This document shows, piece after piece, positions 46,841 through 58,400 of a stretch of 64,000 bases of DNA (positions are counted from its first letter, which is position 1; each line of letters starts with the position of its first letter). This DNA comes from Cyanophora paradoxa CCMP329. Its lineage: Eukaryota; Plantae; Glaucophyta. The notes under the pieces are model-generated. The model had not been told where the DNA came from and searched no databases. It saw only the letters and a program-made list of their open reading frames with translations. The stretch lies in NCBI GenBank assembly GCA_004431415.1, contig QPMI01000672.1:34972-98971 (forward strand), in the 5' to 3' direction. The translations under genes and the position numbers were made by a program.

Positions 46841-49800
46841 CTAGTCGGAGCGGAGGGAGGCGCGGGCGGCCCAGCCGGAGCGGGAGGCGGCGCCGACGAG
46901 CGCCGCGTAGGCGCGGCGGGGCCCCGCGAGGCGCGGGGAGCGCAGCGCCGCCTCCAGGGGGCCAGGGCGGGCCCGAGGCGGGCGGGGCGACGGCGGAGGA
47001 CGGCGACGAAGGCGGCGCAGGCGAGGTACTCGACGGAGCGGGGCGGGAGGGGGAAGCGCCCCGGCGGGGAGGCGCGCTCGACCTGGCGCCGGAGGAGGCG
47101 GTGCGCGGCGCGGGCGGCGGCAAGGAGGGCGCGCGCGAGGAAGCGCCCGTTCACGCGCGGCAGCTCCAGCGCGTGCGCCACCGCCTGCCGCGTGCGATCA
47201 GACGGGGTGGGAGCGGGTGAGGTGAGGGCGGGCCTTGAGGCCCTCGAGGAGGAAGAGGCTGAGGACGGAGGCGGCCACCGTCCGCTTCGAGTTCAGCTGC
47301 TGGCCCGTCAGCGATGGGAGGGCGCGGGGCGGGGGGCGGCGCACGCGGCCGTCGAGCTCCAAGATGCGGCTCCGCAGGCGCACCTCCCTGCTCCAGCCCG
47401 CCGGCCTCGGGTGCTGGGGCGGGGCGGGGGCGAAGGCGGGGCGGGTGGGCGCACGCGAGGATGCGGCGGCGGAGGGCGAGCCCCGGGCGCAGCGCCGGCA
47501 CCCGCAGCGTGTCCCGCATGCCTGCCCGCCCCCTCGCGAGGGGCGGGGCAAGAGGGGGCGGGTGGGAGGACGGACAGGCGCCCTCGTAGCGGGAGTAGTC
47601 GCGGGTGACCTGCGCGGGCCGTCGGGGGGAGCTCGAGGGCGCGGGGAAAATAACGCGTTCGGCCGCGCCTCGAGGGTCCCCGGGTGGACGACGAGGCCAT
47701 TCCAGCGCACCCCGTCCCCGTCCCGCGGGGGCCCCCCGCCCCGCCCCGGCCCCGACGGCGGGCCGGCGAAGCGCGCCTGAGCCGCGGCGCCGACGCGTGA
47801 GCGAGGGCGGGGCGGGTCGAAAGCGGGGGGGCGGGCGGGGGCTGCCTTGGCGGGGTTGGAGGAGACGCCGTAGTCGGGGAAGCCCTGGGCGAAGCGCGCC
47901 GCGAAGGCCCGCGCCTCGCCCGCCCCCGGCGCCAGGCACAGCCAGTCGTCCACCTGCACGCGCGGGGCGTGAGCGGGGCGAGAGGGGGCGGGGGGGCGCG
48001 GGCGCCTGGCGGAGGAGGAGGCCGTCGGGCCCCCCCGCGAGGAGCCGCGGGAAGTGCTCCCGCTCCAGCGCCCCGTGCGCCAGGCTGGGGGGCACAGGCG
48101 TCAGAAGGTACGGGGGTGCGAGGGGCGCGGGGCGGGCCAGCAGAGGAGGGAGGAGAGGAGGGAGCCCTGGGGGATGCCGGCCTGCTGCGCGGCGAGCCTG
48201 CGCGCGCGCGCGGGGCGTGAGACGCGGAGGAGAGGGCGGGGGTGCGGGGGGGCCGGGGCGCGCTGGGGCCCGAGGAGGAGGAGGCTGGCGGAGAGGTGCT
48301 CGGCGGCGAGGGCGAGGGCGTCCCCCCGCCGCACCCGCTTGTACACCACCTGCGCGCGAGCGTGAGCGAGGAGGGCCCCGCTCTCCACCAGCAGGCGCGG
48401 GGCGGCGCGGCGCGGGCCTGGTCGGCGAGGACGGAGCGCGGGTGCCGCACGGCGAGCTCACGCGCGAGGCGGGGGAAGTCGGGGTACCCCTCGTCCGCCG
48501 GCACAGCCCGCCGGCAGTACCGCGTGAACGGCCCCCGCGCCCTGGGCCGCAGGAGGTCGTCTGAGCGGGGCGGAAGGGCGGGGGGGCGGGGCGCACCCCG
48601 GGCGGCAGTCGGTGGCGGTGTAGCGGACGATGATGTACTCCTCCACGTCGGGGGGCACGAACTCCTCCAGCAGCTCCAGGATGCGCGCCTGCCGCAGCCG
48701 GTCGAACGACTGCGCGGAAGGCCTACGCCGTCAGGGACGGGTAATACGGGCGGGGCGAGGGGGCGGGCCTTCTCGGCGTCGACGGTGCAGGCGTAGACCT
48801 CGAAGGGGGCGGAGGGAGGGGAAGAGGAGGGGGCCGGGGTCGAGGGACCCGGGCCGGTGCGGGGCCGCTTGCGGGGCGGCTCGCCCTCGCCCTCGCCCTC
48901 GGCCTCGGTCTCGGCCCCGGGCTGGTGGCCCTGGGAGGCGCGCCGGGCCGCCTCGAGGAGGGCCGCCTTGAAGGCGAGGAGGCGCCCCCGCGCCGCCCCC
49001 GCCCCAAACACGCTCCCACCAAACGCCTCCGGCTGCCGCTCCTGCCCCGCCCCCGCTCGCCTGCCGCGGCGGGTGGGGGGGCCGGGGTGGCGCGCGCGCC
49101 TTCTCGCAGGATAGGATGGCAAAGAGGTCCTGCAGCTGCCCGTTCACGCTCTGCGCCGCCGCCCCGGCCGGCAGGCCTGCCCCGCCCCGCCTCCGCCCGC
49201 GCCCAGCCCCCGGCGCCGCCGCCGGCCGGCCCCGCCCCGCGCCGGGGGCGCCGAAGGGCGTGGAGGGGGCGAGGGGGCGGGTCGGGGCGGCCTCGAGGCG
49301 GAGGGAGAGGGAGGGGAGGGCGAGCGAGGCGCTTGCCGCCTGGCTGGCGCCCGCGAGGCCGCCCGCCAGCTCGCCCCGTCGCCACCCCGCCGCGGGGCGC
49401 GGCGCGGGGCGCCTGCAAGCCTTAAGCGAGGGGAGGGATGGACGGAGAGGAAGGGGTACCGAGATAGATTTGCGATGGTGCGGAGGGTGCCCTGCGCCGG
49501 CTTGGGCACGAACCGCGCGAAGCCGTACCCCAGGCGCCGCCCCGCGAGGACGCTCCGGCGCTCCGCCTGAGAAGCGCCCGTCGGAACAGAGCGGGGCCCT
49601 CGCGTGTGGCGGGCGGGGCCGGTGCCGCACGGGCGGGAGGAGGCGGAAGGTGGCGGGGGCGCCCCCCGGCCCCGGGCCGAGCAGGCTCGCCACGGCGGCG
49701 CGCTTGAGTGCGGCCCAGAGGGGCTTGCGCTGCGGGGCGGGCGGGGGGCTCGGGGGCGGGGCGGGGCGGGGCGGGGCGGGGCCGGGGCGGGCGTAGTAGA

Positions 49801-52114
49801 AGAGGCGCTGGCGGTGGCCCTCCGCCTCCGTCACGTAGAACATCGCTGCCGCCGCGCGCTCACCGGGGCGGGGCGGGGCGGGGGCGCGGCGGCGCGCACC
49901 GCGGAGGAGGGCACCGCGAAGTCGCGCAGGAGGAAGGCCACGAGGCGGTGCGCCGCCTCGGCCGCCGCCGCCGCCCGCCCTGCCGCCCCGGGGCCCCGCT
50001 CCGCGCGCAGCCAGCGCAGGCGCCCCGCCTGCCGCGCCGAGGCCGTCAGCCGGGGCCGGGGGCGGCGCGAGGGCGAGAGCGAGAAGGAGGGCGGGCCTTG
50101 AAGCCGTCCATGACGCGGTGGAGGGGCAGCGCGTCGAAGCGCCGGCCCCGCACCAGCGCCTCCAGCCCTGCGGGGGGTGCTCGGGGGGCCGGCGGGGCGG
50201 ACAGTGGGGGCGGGGTGTGTCACCCCAGTGGAGGCGGCGGCGGTTGGGGCGGGGCCCGAGAAGGGCGCGGGGCACGACCCCCCGCACGCACGCCTGCGCC
50301 GGCCCGTCCCCTCAGCCGCTGCCGCCTCGAGCGGAGGCGCGGGGGCGACCTTCAGGAAGGCCGCGACGCGGCGCCAGGGCGTGTGCGCCCCCAGCAGCCC
50401 CCGCACCCCCGGCCCCGCCCCCTCCCCGCCCCCCGCCCCCTCCTCTCCGTCCGCCCCGGCCTCCTGGGAGGCGTAGGCGGCGGGGAGGGGCCGGGGCGGA
50501 GGCAGCGGGCAGGCGCGCTCGAGGGCGCGACGGTAGGGGAAGGCCCGCTGCCGCCGCAGGAGGGCCTGCGGGGCGAGTGGGCGGGACGGGGCGGGGCGCC
50601 GGGGCGCGCGGGGGCCGCACGCGGAGCAGGGGCACGGCCGGCACGAGGCGGCGGGGGAGGCGGAGGCGCCGCCGGCTGCGGGGCGTGAGGCGGGCGGGAG
50701 GGGCGAGGGCGGGGCGCACGCGCGGGGGCCCTGGCGGGGCGCGGGGGTTGGGGCCGGGGCCGGGGCCGGGGCGGAGAAGACGAGGCGGGCGAGGGCGCGG
50801 GCGCCGCGGGGCGAGGGCGGCAGCCGGTTCAGCGCGTCTGCCCCGCCTCGTCGGCACGCGCCCCCGGCCCCGCTGCGCGCCGCGCGGGAGGGGCGCGGCC
50901 GGCGGGGGCGCGCACGGGAGAGGGGCAGGCCTGCGGGGGGCGGGGCTCGGGGGTGCGGCGGGGGCGGGCGGGGGCGGGGGCGGGGGGGGGGGGGGGCGGG
51001 ACCGGAGCGGGGTACGAAGGTGCAGGAGAAGAGCATCGGGCTCCGATCCACCGTCCCCGCCTGCGCCCCACGCCCCCGCCCCTCACCCCCCCACCCCTCC
51101 CCGCCCCCGGCGCCGAGCGCGCGTCAGGGGACGCACCCGCGGGGGCGCCTCTTGGGCCGGCGGGGCCGCTCCGCCGCGGCGATTCGCGGGGCCGGCTTTG
51201 CCGCGGGCGGCGCCGCGGGAGGCGGGGCCGGCGCGGGGACGGGGCGGGGCCGGGGCGGCGGCCCTGCGCCGCGCGCGGTCGCGCTTGCGCTTGCTCGGGC
51301 GCCGCCGCGCGGCCTTGGAGGCCCCTGCTGGGGCCGGTTCGGCCAGCTCGGCCGGCGTCTCGGCGGCGGCGCTGGGGTTCGTGGCGGGGCTGGGCCCGAG
51401 GGGGCGCGGGGGCAGGCGCGGGGCGGGGGCGGGCGGGCGGGGCGGGGCCTCGGCGAGGGCCTTGAGGGGCGGCCCGGCGAGCTGCAGGAAGCAGCCGCGA
51501 GGGAGGGCGAGGAAGAGGGCGCAGTGGGCGAGGAGGTGCCGCAGGGCGGGGGGCCCTACGGCGGCGAGGAGGGCCTCCCAGCCGGGCCCGTGCAGCGCCG
51601 CCAGGGTCGTGTTCGGCCAGCCCCACCCGATCACGTCGAACTCCTGCGCCATGCCGCTCGCGCACCAGCCTCCCCGGACGCCCCTCGGGGCCGGCGTCGC
51701 GCACCGGCTGCGCCCCCGCCGCCAGGACGTTGGAAGCGCTCTCCCGCCCCAGCGCGAGCCTCGCGCGGTTGCACAACAGGAGAACGACGTCGTGCAACAC
51801 CTGAGGTCGAAATAAGAGCGACAGCGCATTGCAAGCGGGGCCCGTGGGCGCGCCTCGTCGGTCGACGACCGCTCACTCGGCGAAGGGCCGGGCGGGGCCG
51901 GCGCGTCGGGAAGCGGGAAGACGCGCACTTCGCGCAGCAGCTGCGCGGCCTCCGCATCTGCGTTCTCTTCGACGTCCTCATCGGGCTGCGGGCCCTCCGC
52001 GCCGGCCGCGACGATTGCATCCAACGCATGCCCGTGCCCCGCGGAGCGCAGGAAGTCGCCAAGGACCTCCGCGCGGCCCAGGGCGCACGCTAGCACGTCC
52101 TTGGTGCCGTGCAT
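46841..52114 (-). CDS. TERT: Telomerase reverse transcriptase catalytic subunit, multi-exon
   Basis: TEN domain SNVLAAG...PNTT...WEALLAAVG...HLLAHCALF...LQLAGPPL; CP motif YRRALERACP; T motif FYVTE....QRLFYY-RKPLW; motifs 1/2 LRAVPK..LRTIANL; A VDAEK-SFD; B' GIPQGSLLSSLLC; C RQ-VDDWL; D GFPDYG..NPAK; E WNG. Confidence 0.94.
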
Positions 52115-52567
52115 TAATATTGGAGGGGCGCGGTCGGAGGGGATCAGCTCGTTGCGGCGGCTGCAATGCCGCTGCAATGCGGCTGCATCGGGTGAGGGTA
52201 CGTAGTTTTTGAGTTTCCGAGGGTACGTACACGTAATTCCGACGCAAACCTGGCCAATCGGCAGCAAGTCACGCTCATACGTGAGGTCGCGATCGCCGGC
52301 GGCCGGCCTTACTTAGGTCGGGGCCCGGGGGGGGGGAAATTTGCAACCTAATTTTTTTAACGCCGATCCCGCTTGCGTAAGGGTCTCTGAGCGAGAACTC
52401 TCGGCGGGGAGACATCGACATACGACACCGGCGTTTGGGCAGTGATAATAGGCACAGCGACCGTCAGGCGTGGAAGCAGTCGGGCAACCAGCGTGTGTCG
52501 TGCCGCGTGACAGCCTGGAGCGAGCGGTTTTGGTGGCAATCGTCCGGCGGACCAAAGCACCGGGCCG

Positions 52568-54783
52568 ATGGAGCTGGCGCGGGTTGCAAAGCGGGAGGAG
52601 CCCTCGGTGGACGTCCTCGCTCAGTACTTTCACCTGCCGATCAGTGCGCGGGCGTGACGGCCCCTTCGCCCACCGAATCGTCCTCCGCCCGCACAAACGC
52701 GCAGGGAGTCCCAGAGGCTGACTGTACTGCTTTGCGCCTCGCAGATGAGGCCGCGAAGCGCCTGTCGATGTGCTGCACGGTGCGCCGCGCCTGTTCCACA
52801 CTCCTCGAGACACTTACAGATTGCTCTAACCATTACTGATCTTGTGTCGCCATCCCTCGAGCAGTCGCTGAAGAAGCTGTGCCGGAAGCATGGTGCGTGG
52901 CGGGCGAATCTCCGCCTGGTAACTATCACTGACCTCTTCGGCGACTGCGGCAGGCATCAAGCGCTGGGTGCCGTAGAGCCCGCATTCCCTTGAGCTCTCC
53001 TTCTAAAGCCTTATATCTTCCTTTTTTCCGCTGGGCAGCCACACCGCAAGATCAAGGTGCGGCGTTGGAGCCCCCTCCTTCTCCGAGGTCGCTGCTGACG
53101 ATTCGTGTGCAGTCACTGGACAAGGCCATCGCGAAGCTGGAGGACATGAAGTCGCTGGCCGACCAGAAGCAGCGCGTCAAGTACCAGCTGTCAAACATCC
53201 GCACGGCGCTCATGCGTAACCCATACGGTCCGCCCGCAGCGCGCCTCGGACTCCAGCCCGAGTCACCGTCTTGCAGATGGTGAGCAGGGCGAGGGATCGT
53301 ATGCGGAAGGGGATGAATCTGGAGCCGAGTCGGAGAACGACGAGAGCACCGCGTCGGGCGAGGATCGCCGGGCCCCCAAAAGGCGCTCGGAGCCCAGCAA
53401 CATGCCCAGCAACGCGTCCTCTGCTGCTCCGCGGGACCCTCGCCAGCTTCCCTCGGTCCGCGACCTGCTGAGCACGCTGGACGAGTCGTCGGCGGCAAAG
53501 CCGGCGCCGAGCGGCGAGCGCGCGGCCTACGCGCACGGCTCCCCCTCCGCGGCCGCCGGCCTCCCGCGCACGTCGTCGGGCCCAGCGCCGGCGGCGGCGA
53601 GCGAGCTTCCGGTGAATGTGGACAGCAGCTTCGGGGAGAGCTTCCACCGCCTCTTCGGCCTCTCCCTCGTGCCCTACGGCGTGCTCGCCACCACGGGCCA
53701 GCTGCTCACCGCCAACCCCGCCCTCCAGTCCATGCTCGGGTGCGCCGCGCGGGCTCTGGGTGGGGCGGCGCCGCCCGACGCGCCGGCGCAGGTACCGGGA
53801 AGCGGAGCTGCGGCTGCGGAGCTCCCTCGCCTCCATCGCCTCCCATGAGGACCGCGAGGCCGTCGCCAACTCCTTCCGCACCCTCCTCGCCGGCGCGCCC
53901 CGCCCCCCGCCCCGGGCCACGCTGCGGGGCGGCCATCTGACGCGGCGGGGGCCGGCAGGGGGCGTGACGTCGCTGCAGCTGGGGCTGCGGCTGGTGCACC
54001 GCGAGGGCCACCTGGTGTGGACGCTGACGAACATGACCCTCGTGCGGGACAACCAGGAGTGCCCCGCCTACTTCATCGCCTCATTCCAGGCACGCTGCCC
54101 CGCCCCGCCGGGCCCCGCGCCGCGCCGGGGCGGCCGCCTGAGGCGGGGCGGGCAGGACATGAACGCGCTGAAGAAGAGTTGCTTCGGGACGGACCTGGGC
54201 TCGATGAAGCAGATGACGGAGCAGCTGCGCTGCGCCTTCGACTTCGCCGCTGTCGCCATCGTCCTCCTCACCCCGGAGGGCCGCGTCCAGCTCGCCAACC
54301 CCACCGGTAGCCGCCCCCGCCCCCGCCCCCGCCCGGCCGCCCGCCCCGCCCCCTCCCCGCCAGGCTGACGGGCGACCAGCGTGCAACCTCTTCGGGTACG
54401 GAACGGAGGAGTTTGTGGGTCGCTCCGTGGAGGACATGACGCACCCGGAAGACGTTCGGGAAGGTGAATGCCGCCCGCCTCGGCGGCCTGTTACCCGCCG
54501 GGCCGGCCCCCGACGCGTCGGCGCGGCAGGCCTCGACCTGCGGAGCGCCCTGGTCGGCTGCAACGCGGCCAGCAACCTCCTCTTCAACCGGCGCCTCCTC
54601 GACAAGCACGGCAGGACGCTCCGCGCGCACGTCATGCTCTACCGGTGCGCCTGCCGTTTCTTGTTCGACGCCTCGCGCCCGCTGACCGCCGCTTCGCGCA
54701 GCCACACCGACGCATACGGCCGCCTCGACTTCTACATTGCTCAGTTCAAGCTCGATTCCCCCGTTGCCGCCGCCAGCCACTGA
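52568..54783 (+). CDS. RWP-RK transcription factor with two C-terminal PAS(-PAC) domains
   Basis: Spliced LAQYFHLPINEAAKRLSMCCTSLKKLCRKHGIKRWPHRKIKSLD. PAS1 ...GQLLTANPALQSMLGYREAEL...HEDRE...HREGHLVW...FQD. PAS2 ...GRVQLANPTACNLFGY...VGRSVEDMTHPED...DKHGR. Confidence 0.9.
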
Positions 54784-55452
54784 AGCACCGGTGGTCGTGC
54801 AGAGGCCCCAGAGCGTACGGCGGATTCCGTTCCGAGACAGATAGGAAAAGAAAGAAATAGGTAGCTTGCACCTCGCTTTCTGCTTCCTTTTCATATTATT
54901 CACCTAGTCCCTTCATTGCATTCCTTTCTGTTCCGCCTACCTTTACGTCGAACCTGCTTTGCCCCCGTACGTGCAGTATTCACACCTGAGGTCTCTACAT
55001 CAGATCAATTGACGTTTTAAGTCAACATAGTAGGTTAACTCTGTGGTGCACGTGGTGCACGTCAATGTACATTACTTACTCGTCGAATTCATTTTAGGTT
55101 GCACAGCAGGGGCGCGCGCGCGCGCCGGGCCGTGCTTGCCGCAGAGCCGCAGTGACGCAGTGCAGCAGCACGACTTGAGGCCGGATCAATTAATTGCCGG
55201 GGAAGTTCGTTGTACCCGCCGAATTCGGCCGCCGTGGCCCCGGCCAGCCGTTGCTCGCGCCGTAGCCGAGCCCCATGCGCTAGCTGCAGTCTCCTTGCCG
55301 CGTCTAGGTAGCCGCCGCGTCGACCCGGTCCCTAACTGTCCAACCGTATTCAAACCTGTGGGCGCCGAGGTGCGCGTACGCGCCTGCGGTTGGTGCGGAT
55401 CGCTCCCCTGTATCTAGCTAAGCATTCTTTTGCACCAGGGCGGCTCGCAACG

Positions 55453-58400
55453 ATGTTTAAGAAGAAGACCGCTGCGTCGCCTGAGCCACCTGCGCACGAT
55501 GACGACAAGAGCGAGGGCGCATTAGCGTCAGAGCGCAGTAGCGAGGACAAAGCGCGGAAGAGCGGCACGGAGTCTGAGGCGGATGACAGCGCTAAGAAGA
55601 AGAAGAGCGGCGGTCTCTTCGGCCTCGGCCGCAGTCTCGGCGGAGGCGGCAAGAAGCCTCAGCTTGCGCCGCTGAACACGGACGAGGAGAAGGAGAGCAG
55701 CACGCCCAAGAAGAGCAAGACGCCGGAGCCGAGCTCAGACAGCGCGTCGAAGAAGGGCGGTTTATTCGGTTTCAGCTCGAAAAGCAAGAAGGAGAAGAAG
55801 GACAAGGAGAAAGAGCATGAGAAGGACGATGCCGGCAAGCCGGCAGCCTCGCCTTCAGGGCCGCGCGCCACTGCCGAGAAGCCCAGCGCTAGCCCAGAGC
55901 CGGAAGACCACACGACGGAGGACGTCAGCGACGTGCGCCCGGGCTCTGTGTATCTGCCGCTGGTTTCCGCCGCCTTGCATCCGTCCTCACACGCGCTCAT
56001 GCAGTTCTCCGACGCGCAAGACACGCCCAAGCCCCCCGCGAGCAGCTCCGGCCTGACGGGATTCGTGCGGAAGCCGCGCCCGCCCAGCGACGACGGCGGA
56101 CCTCCTTCCCCGAAGGCGCCCAGCCGGACTTCACAGGAAAGTGGGCAAGGCGCTCGGAGGAGCATCGAAGCGGACCGTGCGCCGGCTGCCTGCTGAGCTG
56201 GGCCCCTGACCGCCCCTCACGCGCGCCCGCCAGTGAACGCGATGGAGACGATTGACGACGCGTCGGAAAAGTCTGTCGGCTCAAAATCTAGCGCTCAGGA
56301 TCCAGCCGGTCCGCACGGCTCCCGCAGACCCTTTCCTCCCGCCCTCAGCCGCCCCGCAGATAAGGCGAAGCCGCGGCAGAGCGTCGAGAGCCACGCCAGC
56401 GCCAGCGACGCGAAAGACAAAGCGAAGGAGAAGGACAGGGAGAAGGAGGAGAAGGAGAAGAAGGAAAAGGAGGAGGGGGAGAAGGACGAGGCCCGCAAGT
56501 CGCGGAAGGGCCTCTTTGGGTTCGGCTCCAAGAGCAAGAAGGAGGAGAAGGGGAAGGGCGGGTCCGACGAGGAGAAGGGTCCGCCCCGCCGCCGCCGCCC
56601 GCCTCCGGCCGCCCCCCGCTGACGCGCTGCGCCCGCAGAGAAGGACAAGGCCAAGACCAAGGACAAGGAGAAGGACAGGGACGAGAGCAGCGCGACGGGT
56701 GCGCGCCTGTACCCCCGCCACCCCGCCGTCCGGGTCGCGGCCAAGCCGGAGCAGACACGGCGGAGTCCTCCAAGTCCCGAACCTCCAAGTCCGGCAAGGG
56801 CCTCTTCGGCTTCGGGAAGAAGAGCCGTGCGAGCGGCCTCACCCCTGCCGCCCCCGCGCCGCCCCGCCGATGGCCGCCGGTGCAGCTGCCCCCAAGCCCG
56901 AGGAGGAGACGTCGGACGACGAGACCGACCGCTCCTCCAAGAAAGAGAAGGAGAAGGACAAAGGTGCGCCGCCCCCAATCCCGTCGCCCCGTCCCCGAGC
57001 CCGAGGCCGCCCGCAGACAAGGAGAAGAGCAAGACGCCCGAGGGAAAGAAGGGCGGCCTCTTCGGATTCGCCTCGAAGAGCAAGAAGGAGAAGAAGGAGA
57101 AGGACGGGGATGATGCGGGTGCGGGGCGCCGGGGGTGCGCTGCGGGGCGCTTGCGGGGCCGGCCTGAGCTTTCGGAGGGGTCAGGGGCCTCGACCTCGGA
57201 GAGCGCGGCGAGGGCGGCGGCGGACGGCGACGACACCTCCGACGGCGAGGAGACACCCGAGATGAAGGGCCGCGAGAAGGACAAGGACGTGCCGGAGAGG
57301 GAGAAGGAGAAGGGTGCCGCGCGCGCTCTCTGTCCGCTGTCGGCACCCGCTCACGGGGCGGCAGACAAGGAGGAGGCGCGGAAGTCGCGGAAGGGCCTCT
57401 TCGGGTTCGCCTCCAAGAGCAAGAAGGAGGAGAAGGAGGGGAAGAAGACACCCGAAGGAAAGGGGCCGGAAGGGGACGACGGAGCGGCCTCGGACGGCGG
57501 CGAGGGCGCCTCCGAGGGCTCTAAGCAGGATTCACACAAGGGTGCGCCCCGCCCGCGCCCCTCCCCGCCGGCCCGCCGGCCCCCGCCTCATGCGCCCAGA
57601 CGCAGGGGAGAAGGAGGAGGCCCGCAAGTCGCGGAAGGGCCTCTTCGGGTTCGGCTCCAAGAGCAAGAAGGAGGAGAAGGGGAAGGGCGGGTCCGACGAG
57701 GAGAAGGGTCCGCCCCGCCGCCGCCGCCCGCCTCCGGCCGCCCCCCGCTGACGCGCTGCGCCCGCAGAGAAGGACAAGGCCAAGACCAAGGACAAGAGCA
57801 AGAAGGAGGAAAAGGACGGGGGCACAAGTGCGCCCCCCGGGCAGAGCCTGCCCCCGCGCGCTCGTTGGCTCACGCGGCGCGGCAGGTGCAAGCCCGGCGG
57901 GGAAGGGGAAGGAGAAGGAGAAGCGAGCGGAGAGCTCGGGCGAGGAGGAGGGGAGCAAGAGGGATCTGGGCGCGGCCAAGGCCCCGACCCCCACCGGCAA
58001 GGGTGTCTGAGTAGCCCCGCGCCCCCCACGCACCTTATCGGGACTGACGCGGTGGGCGCAGACGGGGATGGCAAGGAGAAGGAGAAGGATAAGGAGAAGA
58101 GCAAGACGCCGGAGGCAGGCTCAGAGAGCGCGGCCAAGAAGGGCGGCCTCTTCGGGTTCGCGTCGAAGAGCAAGAAGGAGAAGAAGGAGAAGGACGGGGA
58201 GGAGGAGAGCGAGCGGGAGCGGAGCGAGCGGGAGCTGAGCGAGAAGAGCGAGGGGAAGAGCAAGCGCACGCTCGGCGGCCTCTTCTCCAAGAGCAGGAAG
58301 GAGGAGGAGAAGGCCAAGTCCAAGCGTGCGCCGCCCCGCCGCGCCCCTCGCCGCCCGCGCCCCCTCCGCCCGCCGACGCCCCCGGCAGCGACGACGCCGA

